From a virus (lineage: Duplodnaviria > Caudoviricetes), in the IMG/VR virus record IMGVR_UViG_3300032320_000315, positions 4,097-68,096 of that record: DNA of 64,000 nucleotides. One strand, given 5' to 3'. The notes below the pieces were generated by a model. It was given only the letters and a program-made list of their open reading frames with translations. It did not search any database and was not told the DNA's origin. Made by a program: the position numbers and the translations under genes. The first letter of the stretch is position 1. Every line of letters begins with the position of its first letter. This document shows positions 63,185 through 64,000 of this stretch, piece by piece.

Positions 63185-63435
63185 TTTATTTCATCCGATG
63201 TTTCGATAAAGTCGTTAATGATCAAATTTAATGCTTCAATTCTGCGTATGTTACCCGATACATCCTCTGGGTGCATCCAATAGCCGTCGGGATTAGAATC
63301 CGTCTTGGGATTCTTCTTCCACTTCTTTAGTTCACTCTTTAGATATGAGCGATAGTCTTTTAGATTAAGACTAGTAATACGATCCGCAGTTTCACCGTCG
63401 ATCCATTGATAAGGTTTATGTTTTGCTTTAGTCAT
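63181..63435 (-). CDS. Hypothetical protein
   Basis: IDGETADRIT. Confidence 0.6.
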   Translation of the reverse strand: MTKAKHKPYQWIDGETADRITSLNLKDYRSYLKSELKKWKKNPKTDSNPDGYWMHPEDVSGNIRRIEALNLIINDFIETSDEIK

Positions 63436-63436
63436 A

Positions 63437-63610
63437 TTATTTGTAATACTTGGCATCGATGATAAGAGCCGCACCTAGTACTGCCCAGAATAAACCAGTG
63501 ACAAAACTACCAAATACTATCGATAACAGTCCATTGAATAGATTCAATCCGCCAATAGTATATCCAATCGTTTTACGGTTACGACCAAACCATTCCATAA
63601 ATTTTTCCAT
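63437..63610 (-). CDS. Two-TM small membrane protein
   Basis: GAGG RBS; hydrophobic. Confidence 0.6.
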   Translation of the reverse strand: MEKFMEWFGRNRKTIGYTIGGLNLFNGLLSIVFGSFVTGLFWAVLGAALIIDAKYYK

Positions 63611-63987
63611 TATAATACCTCTTCCTTTAGTGATAACCAAGTTTCTTCCTTGGGTGTAAAAACCAAACCTCTACGTTCCAAAACTGCTCTGCGCTCATCT
63701 GCTGATAGTTTTGTCCAACTTTCAACTGTATCATAATTGCCCCAAGACTCTGGAGGCATACTATTATAAATCCAACCTGCTATTTTTTTAAGAGCAGTAA
63801 CAGTATTACCTGGATGACTGCGTGACATAGCAGTCATAAAGTCATTGGCTAATACTGATGTAAAGAACCCGCCTGGACTGTATCCAAAAACAAGATAGTT
63901 ATAGATTGGGTGAGAGTATTCATCATCTACTTCCCATTCCAAAAAAGACTTTTTTAATCTGCGTTCACTTAGTTGAGTTAGATACAT
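63610..63987 (-). CDS. Hypothetical protein
   Basis: PGGFFTSVLANDF, PPESWG. Confidence 0.7.
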   Translation of the reverse strand: MYLTQLSERRLKKSFLEWEVDDEYSHPIYNYLVFGYSPGGFFTSVLANDFMTAMSRSHPGNTVTALKKIAGWIYNSMPPESWGNYDTVESWTKLSADERRAVLERRGLVFTPKEETWLSLKEEVL

Positions 63988-64000
63988 GTTTGCAAGTTCC

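Noticed and set aside
1-64000. Stop-codon reassignment as in some jumbo phages
   Set aside because: Conserved genes are intact and tightly coupled in the standard code; no suppressor tRNA

Overview
A 64-kb slice of a large T4-related (jumbo-type) myophage genome in standard genetic code. It is probably a freshwater phage of a PQQ-using methylotroph (inference from an encoded PqqA peptide). 1-40.6 kb, almost all + strand, is the core: tail sheath and tube, head completion, terminase, gp32 SSB, UvsX/UvsY/UvsW, a nine-gene glycosyl/methyltransferase cluster, a miniature family-C DNA polymerase, primase, carbamoyltransferase, gp41 helicase and tail-fibre-like giants. Many of these genes are preceded by a TAA(A/G)TA late-promoter-like motif. 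40.6-64 kb, mostly - strand, is an accessory region of about 60 small genes, 3 tRNAs, GP88, a B12 radical SAM, a 2OG oxygenase and a TraR-like gene. The most unusual part is the 41.3-55.0 kb block, bounded by a 22-bp exact inverted repeat. It holds about 20 near-consensus sigma70 promoters, 16 copies of the palindrome CGGT-N4-ACCG at promoters and in one dense array, and a second palindrome TGTTG-N8-CAACA. It also has a shared GGAGCGAA ribosome-binding motif whose exact complement sits in three hairpin loops, several candidate small RNAs, and an origin-like locus with iteron-like repeats and two perfect DnaA boxes. The unannotated 23-aa pqqA gene and an ArfA-like gene lie in the same block. 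All family assignments come from motifs read by eye; no database search was run.
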